64,000 nucleotides of DNA from Octopus vulgaris. Its lineage: Eukaryota. Of this stretch, positions 52,339 to 64,000 are shown in pieces. The stretch covers positions 135,966,001 to 136,030,000 of the forward strand of contig OX597815.1 of assembly GCA_951406725.2 (NCBI GenBank). The letters run 5' to 3'. The notes under the pieces were generated by a model. That model was not told the DNA's origin. It worked only from the letters and a program-made list of their open reading frames with translations, and searched no databases. Made by a program: the position numbers and the translations under genes. Positions within the stretch are counted from its first letter, which is position 1. Each line of letters starts with the position of its first letter.

Positions 52339-54784
52339 CATATATATAATTGTGTATTTGTGTGTGTGCGTGTAAGATTAATATTTTAGAAATAAATTCC
52401 ACTTTTAAGAATTATTCATAACAACAGCATTTCACAAGAAAATGAACTAAAAGTATATTTCGTATTTGTTTCCATTTTCTTCTCTTGTCAATGAATTCAG
52501 CTATAGCTATCGAGTGCATTTAAGCTTAATATCTGGAACAGAGAAGCACACAACTTGAAGAGTATTCATGTATACCCCAACAAACCCGCAAATGCAACAA
52601 ACCTCTTAATCACAGCCCCACATTATCATTTCATATACATGTGCATATAAGTGGATGAGCATATTCGCTCAAAAGAAACTTTTACTTTTGAATAACTGCT
52701 TCAGTTTTTTTTTAATATAGACCACGCCTCTCTTTTGTCTTCATCTTAATATTACGTCTCTTAATCGGAAATCTTCTGGGAGTCAATGAAAGAAACATTT
52801 GTACTTTTTACTATATGCAGCCACTGAAGTCGTCATCCCTGTACTGCCAATACTAACGCCACCTCTGTCATCTAGACAAAAATGTAAAACGTATAGACTA
52901 ATTTATTAATCTGACGTCCATTAGAATGCCAACAACAAAGACCTGTTAATGATATACACATCAGTTGTAGCAATTGAAAAAATTTCAAGAGCAGCAATAG
53001 ACGCAACAAAAACAAAATTAAATGACGCTATTAGCAATGTTTACTGGGACAACAAAAACAACGGCTAAGAAACCATAACAACAGTTAACATTGATGATCA
53101 ATGTTTAATCCTTGTTAGTCTTTATTCCATATTCTCAGCAAAATTACAACAAAAGAATTTTGATTATGTATTTTGCTTCATTTTAATTGATTTTATTCGT
53201 TGCAATTTTATGTTTTAGTTATTGGTTTTCTACGTGTCTGATTTGATTTTATTTTCGTTACGATGTCAAGTTTTTGTAATGAATTTATGATTACGTTGAA
53301 AAAAATTTTTTTTTTTTCATTTTCTAAGTGTTTTATAAATTATCGTTGTAATTGTATGTTGTTTCCGTAAAGATTTTATGCTGTCTGTACGATTTCATTG
53401 TTTTTCCGTTGTGATTTCATATTTGTTTCGTATTGGAATTTTGTGTTTCCGGCGATTTGTAAACTTTTGTTGTTAGCTTATATACATGTCCGTTGTGACT
53501 ATATTTTGACACAACAACAACGTTTGTTTCGTCTTGCCATATAAAAATGACGTTTGTTGTTGACAACTTTCATTTTGGCGATTAACGCTTTATCTTTTAA
53601 AGAGAAATATATTCTTTTATTTTCCTAGACGTCTGATTAATAGATTTCTTTTAGTTAGAATTCTTCCTGTTTTCTTTTTCTGCCTCGTTGCTTTACTTTT
53701 TCTCGATAGAAGTTATAATCGTTGTTGTCATTTTAGCATAATCCTCATCCCCTTCTTCTTCTTCTTCTTCTTCTTCTTCTTCTTCTTCTTCTTCTTCTTC
53801 TTCTTCTTCTTCTTCTTCTTCTTCTTCGTTGTCGTCGTCCTCATCACACTTTTTTTTCTTCTTAATTTCCTGGTGGCTATTTTCCATTTTCATCTTGACC
53901 TTGACACCTATCTGATGTTAAATTGTTCCTGGCAGCAATGAAGAAGAAAGCGTATTGTTTCAGATCTGTCAAAATGAATGTATGTCGTGAGACGTTGAAT
54001 AGCAGAACAGTAGGCCAATTTGTATCACAATATTTTCTTAATACACATTGCGTATATTAAGTGTTGACTTTAAGTTGACAGCGTAGGCTGAGCATCAATA
54101 TATATAAAAAAGATTGAAGGACGTAATTTTGCAAGACAAAGCCATGAGTGTTTTACTGATTGACATACGTGTCTTAATAATTGACTTAAAAATAATTTGT
54201 AACACGAGCACACCGCTACAAATCATGTTACAGCCTATAGCCAATTATATCAACATCACAATTTGACCGAGTCATATTTCATAGACTTTGGATTCAGAAT
54301 CCTAGAGGTAAGAATGAGTGTGAGCGTGAGTAATTTTTGTTATCCAAAAAAGTTGAGCGATCAGAAAATTCGGATAAAGGACCTTCGATGATTCTTAATT
54401 CAATAACTCAGACTTCTCACCTTATCAAAATCTAAACATATTGACGTCTACAAATTCTCTTGGATTATGTTAAAATGAATGAAAGTTCAGCAAAGTTATG
54501 AAAGCCACATTACGAAGAGATACATGAATCAAAACACTTATATAAAGCGATATTTAGAGGCTGAAATCAAAGAAAGTTCCAAGGAAATACAAAACTGCAT
54601 GGTCTGCTAGAAATAACAGCAAAGTTTCATTGAAATCATACGACTTCGGTTTAAAATGTATTACATGTAAATTAATACATGTAAACATTAAATACATGTA
54701 AACAGGACAAAAAGTATAACAGCTTAACTTCTTGTAGACCTAGGTTTGCCGAATTTCAGGTGATCAGTAACTAGACAATAACCT

Positions 54785-55180
54785 AGACTGGGGCCATGCT
54801 GGGGCACCACTTTGAGAATTTTAGTGGGATGAATCGATCAATACTTTTAACAAATTTTTAAAGCCCGGCACTTATTTTATCGGTTTCGTTCGCCGAACCA
54901 CTAAGTTATGGGGATTGAAATACACTGACAGCGGTTGCCAAGCAGTGGTGGGGTCAGACACAAGCATACACAAGCATACACATACACACAAGCACACACA
55001 AACACACACACACACACACACATACACAAACACACACACATACACATAAGGCGAGCTTCCTTCAGTTTCCGTCTACCAAATCCTCTCACAACGCTTGCGT
55101 CGGTCCAAGGTGCAACGCACTGTAAATGAACCTGGAACCATATAGTTGGGAAGTAAGCTTCTTACCACACAGCCATTCCT
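54785..55180 (-). mobile_element. SINE family 2, near full length, with internal (CA)n
   Basis: Minus-strand head AGGAATGGCTGTGTGGTAAGAAGCTTACTTCCCAAC...GGTTC, tRNA-like. Confidence 0.75.
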
Positions 55181-56237
55181 ATAAAACAAATCTCAAAATA
55201 ACAAAATGATAACACCGAAGACATGACTACCAAAAGAATCCTATAAAACACCAATTGTGCACTAATATGAACCAGAGAGCAAGAGCATAGGAAGGGGTTA
55301 TTACACTGTTGCACCACTCCTAGAAATAGCTGGCAAATCTCTCAACAGAAAGATTGCTTATGAATGAACTAGAAATGGTCTTCGAGAAGGACAGACCGAC
55401 CATATAGTTAGATTTGCTGTTGTACATAGAGGGATTAAGGATAGTTGACAAATGTTATTTCCAAGGTTATCAATGAAATAAAGTTTTTCCTAATTGAATT
55501 GTCAGCCCCACCTGATGATTTAAAATTGGAGAAATGGAAGTAACTCATAAAAGAGCGTCAAAAACAGAAGCAGATACTTTCCACTGGCCACTCTGAATTT
55601 TTTGCTCATCTCTTTTATGCAAATTACTCAGGCCATAAATTTGTTCAGTTCTTTTTGATATGCTTAAGTATTTCGGCTACTGAAAATAAGGTTGGGCAAT
55701 TGTGATGCCCATGAAGACATTCGAGGCAGAAATACTTGCCCACGACTATCCTCTTATTTGTAGATAATAAGGCTGTCTTTTTCCTATATGGCATGTTAAC
55801 TATGAAGAGTACTTGATTCTTGTGGTTATCTCTCCTTCTCACGTGGAGCTGGTCTCACTTGCCATTTGGTAATTGTGAGACATTCCCAAGAGGCTGAGAT
55901 AATTTTAATCAATCAAGAAATTCAGTTGGATGATGTTTGATATTAGGTGTGTTAGAAATATTTATTTTAAAAAAGAAGAGAGTTACATAACCGACAAACA
56001 ACAACGTACAACATACAAGAGAGAGAGAGAGAGAAGAGAGAGAGGGAGGGAGAGAGGGTGAGAGAGAGGGAGAGAGAAGGAGAGAAGGAGAGAAGGAGAG
56101 AGAGAGAGAGAGGACATTACACTGCACTGCACACAATGCGGGAAGTATCTTCAGTATATCAGAAAATACAGAACCAAAACAAAATACTGTATATACTGTA
56201 AGGCACGGAGAAGTACGGAATGGCACCTATGTTATAG

Positions 56238-56470
56238 AAGGCGGCGAGCTGGCAGAATCGTTAGCACGTCGGGCGAAATGCTTAGTGGTATTTCGTCTGC
56301 CGTAGCGTTCTGAGTTCAAATTCCGCCGAGGTCGACTTTGCCTTTCATCCTTTCGGGGTCGATTAAATAAGTACCAGTTACGCACTGGGGTCGATATAAT
56401 CGACTTAATCCGTTTGTCTGTCCTTGTTTGTCCTCTCTGTGTTTAGCCCCTTGTGGGTAGTAATGAAATA
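56238..56470 (+). mobile_element. SINE family 1, full length, with 16-bp TSD
   Basis: GGCACCTATGTTATAG at 56222-56237 and 56471-56486. Confidence 0.93.
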
Positions 56471-56507
56471 GGCACCTATGTTATAGGGGATGTTTACCGT
56501 CCGATAG

Positions 56508-56608
56508 GTGTAGTGATATCTTAGCGACAACAGATCAATGCGCGTTGACTAGGTACTCCACGTTCTATTTGGAACGTTAAATCTATTGTCGCTAAGTTAT
56601 CACTACAC
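56508..56608. repeat. MITE-like inverted repeat with 28-bp arms
   Basis: GTGTAGTGATATCTTAGCGACAACAGAT and ATCTATTGTCGCTAAGTTATCACTACAC. Confidence 0.7.
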
Positions 56609-58685
56609 ATTCACGTATTAAGAAAGAAGTTATCATGTTTTTTCTTCACCTAGGCTTCATCTATCCGAGGAGGTGGTCATGTTTACATTTTCTACTAAAT
56701 TTTACGTAACATGTACAACTAAGTCAGCATGTTACTCAACTATTTGTTGAGTGCTTCTTCCGTTCGGTTGTTCACCCACTTGTGTGTTTGTGTGGGTTTG
56801 GTGGGGGTTAGTCATTGATTTATTTTCAATCCAATCATAGACAGTTCGCAGGGTTAAAATATTGTTCACATACTTCACTGGGAATCTTGATACAACTTCA
56901 GGAAACGGACACTGTATTCGTGAATGATACCCTTCTCAAGAGGTAAGAGAAAGCAGTGCAATCAATCATATAACAACTTAATTGACCTTTGAAATTCTAT
57001 CCGGTACCATATTGTAAAGAGAGAGACCATCTTCTGTCATACACAGACAGCTAATTTTCCAGTAAATAAGAGTAAACATTTCCTAATCTTCGGTGTACTG
57101 TGTTTTTGAAATATGACTTCAATATCTTCTCCATTTAATCGGAACCCAGCTCTAGAAATACGAAGAAAATTTCAATGTAATGAAGAAGTGCATTAAAATA
57201 ACAAAACTTATATTTAGCGACAGTAAAGCTGCTGGTAAAACAGATTTAGTTGACAAAATAAATGAATAACACCTGGAGACGATTAAAGGCCTACTGATCG
57301 AAACATTGTATTGACAAACGTACTCACGATGAGGAAAGTTTTCCGAAAAATCTATTATCCGTATAAACACATATCAAAAGGGTTACAAATGCTAGATAGG
57401 TTTGCATTCGTTAAAGGGATTGATTTATCTTTCTTCCACTACATTTAAACATCAAATCACGTACTGATTTTATAAAACTGTAAAAATTGGAGGAACATGG
57501 CTAAAAGTAGGTTATAGGGTTTAAAAGACATTTCAAATAATGAAAACAGTTATAGATGAGGAACAGGTTGCTGCAAAATACTAATTCTGGTTTACATGGT
57601 CCAAAGACAAAACTTTTCAATGGCAGTGTGGGTATAGCAGATCAAATTGATTCTTAGTATATACTTGGTATTTATTTCATAGATCTAGAAGGAATGGAAG
57701 GCGATGTTGCGTAATTGGCATTTGAATTGCGAACGAAGTGTGACAAAGTGCGACGATGATTAACGAGGAGCGAAGAAACTTAATACTGAAAAGCATTTAT
57801 TTAATAAGACGTTCCACTGTTTTAGTCCACCTCGACGTTCTACAGAAATACAGGGAGAGGAAATTGGATCTAGTATGTCTGTGGATTTAAGTGTTTATTA
57901 ATGTCGTCATGTGTGCCTATGAGTAGTGTAGATATATCTGTGTGTTTGAATGGCTACCTGGATGGATAGATGCGTCTGTATTTGCATGCTTTTTTTGTTC
58001 TATAGTTGGTCTGACAAAGCTATTGCATATAATGCTTGATGAAAAGCTGTCATTTTGTATTAGAGCTAATTTACATCATTCCTTCCAGGCCGTTGAGTTA
58101 AACAAATACAAATAAATAAATAAACCAGAATCACTAAAGAAATAAAAATGAAAAGCGAGCTTTTGTTTCAAGAAATTAAATGAAAATCAAAACATGTTGA
58201 TAGTTGAAGAGGCTTGTATACATAATGTAGTGAATGAAAATATATAACAGGATTTTAAAAAAAAATTAAGATGAAAATGAGAATTAAAATAATGGTTCAT
58301 ATATACAGAAATAACAAACTAATAAAACAAAACCAAAGCAATAGAAAAACCATGTTTCATAAGTAGATGTAAGTTGTATGCTTTTTATGCCAATTTGCAA
58401 AAGACCCCAATTGATTAAAATTGCCTCGGAAGTTCACGGTACTTAGGTCAAAATTTTAACAGTCCTAAATAAATCGCATAATTTATTTCCTTTGGTAAAA
58501 CAATTCTGCCAGCCACTTCTGTACAATATTAGTCACCTTTATAATAGTAGAAAATTTTAGTGGGGAAGGAGTAGTCAATTATATTGATCTCGTTATGTGG
58601 GATGTACTTATTTTAACGATCCTACTGGAGGAAAATAGGTTGACATCGGCAGGATTTGATTGTGGATCGTAAAGAACCGAAGAAA

Positions 58686-58897
58686 ATATTCTTTTCTATT
58701 CTAGGCACAAGGCCCGAAATTTTGGGGGAGGGGGCCAGTCGATTAGATCGATCCCAATACGCAATTGGTACTTAATTTATCGACCCCGATATGATGAAAG
58801 GTAAAGTGAACCACAGCGGCATTTGAACTCAGAACGTAAAGAAATACCGCTAAGCATTTTGCCCAGCGTTCTAATATTTCTGCCAGTTCACCGTCTT
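58686..58897 (-). mobile_element. SINE family 1, alternative tail
   Basis: Homologous to 528-742; more decayed copies lie at ~57620-57740 and ~58550-58680. Confidence 0.8.
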
Positions 58898-59024
58898 TGA
58901 ACCGGAACAAATATTGCAAGGAATTTTGTCCCAATACCCTAATGATTTTGACTATCCGCTGTCCTTAGAGCAGATTGCAGCGTGAGTCAGAATAACAATC
59001 ATATATCGCTTGACAAACAATTGT

Positions 59025-59130
59025 GTTACGTTATGAGTTCAAATTCCGCCAAGGACGACTTTGCCTTTCATCCTTTCGGAGTCGATAAATTAAGTACCTG
59101 TTGCGTACAGGGGTCGATCTAATTGATTGG
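59025..59130 (+). mobile_element. SINE family 1 core fragment
   Basis: GAGTTCAAATTCCGCC...GCCTTTCATCCTTTCGGAGTCGATAAATTAAGTACC. Confidence 0.8.
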
Positions 59131-59319
59131 CAACGGGTTCCTTGGGGTTTCAGTAATAATTTGGGTTTAAAATTTCAAACAAACATCACCAAATGGATGT
59201 ATGCAACGAAATTAATGAGAATTTACTTCGAGCCTTCAGAAACACGTCAGTCTAACTTTGCAGTAAATAATAATAATGATGATGATGATAATAATGATAA
59301 TAATAATAATGATAATGAC

Positions 59320-59377
<58 letters not shown>

Positions 59378-59474
59378 TCTTTATTGGCCACAAGGGTCGA
59401 GCGCAAAAACAAATAGGGACGATACAATACAAGGGACAAGTGGGGTGTTGAACAACTCCGTGTATACACTAACA

Positions 59475-60029
59475 AAATGCCATGGTACAGTACCAGGCAG
59501 TGGCACTCGTAGCTTCTGATCTTAACTAATTGGAAATGTTATCACGTACATTGTTTCGTCTTAGTATAAAAGATGGGCTACAGCAAATATTCTGCTCAAT
59601 ACCACATATTTGCTTGTCAGTTGTTTGACCGTAACCAGTTGAGCTGGTCCCTTAGTGACTGACGATATGTGCATCTCTGATCACGAGCAGAAGTAGTGGG
59701 GGAACATCATAGCCATGTGTTGAGAGGGATTCTTTGGGGTTTGAATAATTCCCCTCTGGAAACGGGTGTTTCGTTAACATCCTTAAACAATCCTTATTCA
59801 GAGATCTTTTGAGCAGGATGGGTTACTCGACCAGGAGAAAATTCTAACTGGGCCCCACCTGCAAGGTCATGTGCTGTTTATCTTGATATGAGATCTCCAT
59901 GTCACGCACATATAGTTATGATGCATGTGCCTGGTGTACCTTTACCAGACGGGAAGTCATGACTGTTATACTGGGCTTCGTATATTTTACCCCAGTGTCA
60001 CTTTGATGGCATGCACTGCTCTCTCACTC

Positions 60030-60030
<1 letters not shown>
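59475..60030 (+). mobile_element. Second copy of the ~550-bp (TAA)n-tailed element
   Basis: Colinear with 36288-36845. Confidence 0.8.
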
Positions 60031-60086
<56 letters not shown>

Positions 60087-60110
60087 TATAATATTAATAA
60101 TAATAATAAT

Positions 60111-60470
60111 AGTTTCAAATTTTGATACATGGCAAGCAATTTCGGAGGGAGATAATCGATTAAATCGACCCCAGTGCTCAACTGGTACTTATTTTACCGA
60201 CTCCGACAGCAAGTGAGGCAAAGTCGACCTCGGCGGCAATTGAAAATTAATAATAATTTTTTCTGCTCGAGGCACAAGGTCCGAAATTTTGGGGGAAGAG
60301 GCAGTCAATTAGAGCGACCCTAGTACTCAACTGGTACTTAATTTATCGATCTCGAAAGGATGAAAGGCCAAGTCGACCTCGGCGGAATTTGAACTCAGAA
60401 TGTAGCGACGGGCGAAATACCGCTAAGCATCTCATCCAGCGTGCCAACGATTCTGCCAGGTCGCCGCCTT
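60111..60470 (-). mobile_element. Two adjacent SINE family 1 copies (60111-60240 partial, 60256-60470 full)
   Basis: Core motif on the minus strand twice. Confidence 0.8.
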
Positions 60471-60472
60471 AC

Positions 60473-60530
<58 letters not shown>

Positions 60531-60536
60531 TAATAT

Positions 60537-60595
<59 letters not shown>

Positions 60596-60673
60596 TGCAG
60601 CGTGGAAGGTGTTTGTAAGCCATTTAAGAAACACACAAAAGCCGTTCGATTCACTTCAACATTTAAGTTTAAC

Positions 60674-60721
60674 TTGTCAAAATATTTTTGTCGCTAAAAT
60701 CCGCGACCTGTTCACTGACAA
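60674..60721 (-). ncRNA. Hammerhead-like motif with G3-C8 core, G12 mutated
   Basis: Minus strand: ttgtca-GTGAACA-g-gtcgc ggatttta gcgac-AAAA-atat-TT-tgacaa, inside a 140-bp element (60596-60735) with 11-bp imperfect inverted ends. Confidence 0.5.
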
Positions 60722-61537
60722 AAATCCGTGCTGCATCTGAGAAAGTAACAGTTAGTTTGTCATATATATGTACGTATGTATGTGTGTATTCACGCATGTA
60801 TGCAAGTATGTATGTACGCACATACGCCTGTGTATGTATGTATGTATGTATGTATGTATGTATGTATGTATGTACGTATGTATATATGTATGTGTGTGTA
60901 TATGCACGCACATACACACTATAAACATAAAGTTATAAACTTGTAGTGATGGATAGATGTAGACTGACCAGTCATCACAATAATATCAAATTTCAACCTC
61001 CCCCCGGCGAAACTAGGAAGTGATTTACGACCTTCACCCCCAAAACAAAACCCTAAAACCTATTATCAGACATTTATCTCTATAACACAGAACTTTTGTT
61101 TTTTATTTATTTTTTTCCCTCCCTACATCTAGTTAGTTCAGGTCAAATATATATACGTATGTATGTGTGTATGTATGTATGTATGTATGTATGTATGTAT
61201 GTATGTATGTATGTATGTATGTATGTGTGTATGTACATACGTACGCATGTGCGTATGTATGTATACGCGCATGTATGCCTGTGCCCATGTATGTGTGTGC
61301 GTACATGTACGTGCGTATATACGTGTGTATGCCCATACGTAGGTATGTATGTATGTTTGTACTCGTGTGCTACGTATGTATGTGAGTGTCTAGGAGAATG
61401 GGCAGACGCGTCTGTGGGAGTGTATACATATGTATGTGAACGTATGTCCGTGTACTGGTATGTGTCCGTCCAAGTTGTGTACATGACTGTTACTTAATAA
61501 TAATCATTATTATTATCATTATTATTATTATTATTAT

Positions 61538-62382
61538 TTTATGTTTGACTTTTGCTTTATGTCTGTACAAGTTGGCTCCAAGTCTCACCTCAGAGACCTC
61601 AAGAGACAACAGGTTCGAAGTTCACGTTGATGTTATGCCTAGTGTGCCATATATTTGGGGTTTTTTTGGTGTTGTACTAGTGAATGTCTAATACATAAAT
61701 TAAAAAAAAAGTTTGTTTTAAACCTTGGGATTACATAGATAGTATTTTGCGTAGGAAATGAGCAGTTCCCATGAGCACTATCTTTTGAATTTCTGCCATT
61801 TTGGGGTTTCCTGATATCTAAGTTAGGTAGCAATCAGCCCCTTTCGCTATCATTCCCAGGGCACCTATGACAACAGGTATTGTTTTAGTCTTCAGGTTCC
61901 ACATTTTGCTGATTTCTATTTCAATATCTTTATATTTGCTCAGTTTTTGGTAGGTCTTGACAGATACGTTTATATCGATTGGGACAGTCATATCAATGAG
62001 GAGGCATGTTCTTTGTCTGAAGTCTTTTAATATGATGTCTGGCCTATTTGCATCTATCTTTCTGTCAGTTTGAATGGTGAAGTTCCAGAAAAGTGAGATG
62101 TGGTCATTTTCAAGCACTGGAGGTGGATTTTGCACATTACCCAGTGAATATATTGTGCAGCTCTATCATGCCTGTTGAGGTAGTCTGTAGGCGCTAGAAG
62201 ACTGCATTTGGAGACAACATGATCAATGGTTTCATTTTGTTGTCGGCATACACGACATGTTGGGCTACTGCCGTTCTTTAATATGTTGGCCTGGTAGTTT
62301 CTTGTTGGTAGGCATTGATCTTGAGCTGCTATGATAAACCCCTTCTGTTTCAGATTTTAAGCCAGAGGCCATTAGCCATTGA
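61538..62382 (-). mobile_element. R4/Dong LINE 3' fragment, family C
   Basis: QWLMASGLKSETEG, CRVC..ETIDHVVSKC, RHDR, NRPDIIL, LIDMTVP, KLSKYKD; (TTA)n on both flanks. Confidence 0.92.
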
Positions 62383-63777
62383 TTATTATTATTATTATTA
62401 TTAAGCAACAACGAAAACGATATGAAAAATATTTCCTTACATTTCCTCAAAATCTTTCAATTAATATTGGCGCTAGATTTTTGTTGACCTTTATTCTTGA
62501 TTGGTGCAAATTTTTATTGACACCAGATACACAGGGAAAAGCTGTAGTCAATGTATCATGGTGTAATTTGATGTTAGTTACTGCTTCTATTACTCTTCAT
62601 ACCACCACCAGCGCCACTGCAGTTACTATTGCAACACCATTAATTGGATATGAAATATTCTAAAGGGAAAAATGAGAACAGTTCAAATAGGAACAAAGAA
62701 AAAGAAAAGGAAAAAAACGAAGATAACGAATATTGTAAATTATGAAGTGAAAGATATTGGACAAACTCAAGTGACACTAATTGAATCAGACACTCATAAT
62801 TGCTTTGATTCTATTGTTTAGGAAGGTAGCCTCGAAGAAACGTTAACATATAATTCCTCGTATTCATTGGGCGAACAATTGTAACCCTTTTAAGTTATTC
62901 CTAAAAGCTTCTAAAAGCATTTGAAAGAGATTTCTTCAAAATGAAATGAAGAATCGGAATTCTTGATATTTATAAGCTTTACCTATTTTATTAGTGATGT
63001 GAAAGAAAATGGTTCTAATGTTGATAATAACCAATACGGTAATTTTAATGAAACAACACTTTTAATTTACTCATGAGTGAAAGAGAACATTTTGAAATAA
63101 GAAAATTAAGGGAGATGCATTTCCAGGTTCATTGAAGCAGTATATAGGAGGGTGTGCTGAAAGATTCCTGGCATTGGGTAAAAGAAAATACAGGAGGATC
63201 AGTTAATTATAATTTTATTCGAGATATTTCCTTCTCAAATTCTCACACTTGCAGTGGGCCTTCAGTTAATCTAAACCCTGTTAAAAAAAAAAAAAAACAA
63301 TATCGGAAGGCCTCCAGCCAAGCCTTTCGCGATATCCTTAGAACTAGAAACTTTTTAGCACTCAGTCATTGCTGAGAAATATATGTATGCGTGTATATAT
63401 ATAAGTATGGTCGTCACAAGCATTGCTTGAAATAAGAGTGATGGTGGTGTTCACTAGCACACACCGTCACTTTAGTGACGACTATACTTCTTGACTTTCG
63501 GCTGTAAATTGCAAATAGCCACCCTAATAATATATATGAGCGTAAGGCGACTAGCTGGCACAAACGTTAGCATAGTGGTATTTCGTCTGTGTGAGTTTGG
63601 ATTTATTGGTAATTATTATTGGAGTGCATCTGTATAGTAAGTGCAAGTTTCTATTGACTGTTTTTTTGCTATTTCTTGTTATAATTATTGTTCCTGTTAT
63701 AATTATTTGTGTGATAGTCTTCATTCGAAAACTATCGTGTGTTTTCCCCTGTGGGGGAAACATTAATTGCTAACAAG

Positions 63778-64000
63778 ATGCCGAAAAGTGCAACTTCGTC
63801 TGGCGAAGAGTCGTCAACCGACAGGGAGGCAAAAAAGATTGAAAGTTTAATATTTGGCGATATTTCGGATTCTTCTGAAAGTGAATTTCCCGAACCATCA
63901 ATGTGTACTGTTGTAAAGAGGAATATTGACGCGAAAGGCCTTCAAACAGAAGAAAATAAAACAAAAAAGTTTTGCGTCGGCGGTTGGAGGTGGAACCCGC
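63778..64000 (+). CDS. Open frame running off the window end (MPKSATSSGEESSTD...), unknown, possibly a TE ORF1
   Basis: ATG at 63778 and no stop for 74 codons in non-microsatellite sequence; no recognisable domain. Confidence 0.25.
   Translation, partial: MPKSATSSGEESSTDREAKKIESLIFGDISDSSESEFPEPSMCTVVKRNIDAKGLQTEENKTKKFCVGGWRWNP

Noticed and set aside
55645-55842. 65-aa ORF with a C/H-rich segment (CLECLHGHHNC)
   Set aside because: Short, no recognised domain spacing and no exon support.

Overview
AT-rich, microsatellite-dense eukaryotic DNA made almost entirely of transposable elements. The SINE families look like octopus/cephalopod repeats; this is pattern recognition, not a database result. 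No host protein-coding exon could be supported, and most ORFs in the track are translations of microsatellites. Contents: (i) many 5'-truncated R4/Dong-clade RLE-LINEs inserted with fixed polarity into (TAA)n tracts, including a ~9 kb head-to-tail pile-up at 33.4-42.2 kb; (ii) a HERO-like RLE-LINE fragment; (iii) Penelope-like elements, including one near-intact Neptune-type RT+GIY-YIG copy and several fragments or solo pLTRs, mostly beside (TA)n; (iv) a full-length mariner; (v) two non-autonomous Helitrons; (vi) decayed Gypsy, CR1 and RTE fragments; (vii) three SINE families. The most interesting signal is non-coding: about a dozen hammerhead-ribozyme (HHR) motifs read directly from the sequence. 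One is a non-circularly permuted hammerhead in the HERO-like 3' UTR (4767-4829) with a fully intact core. The rest are minimal type-I hammerheads with palindromic stem III, whose core pair 3-8 covaries across families (C-G, U-A, G-C). Divergent Dong families also share a two-helix 3' hairpin. All structures were folded by eye; none is shown to be active.
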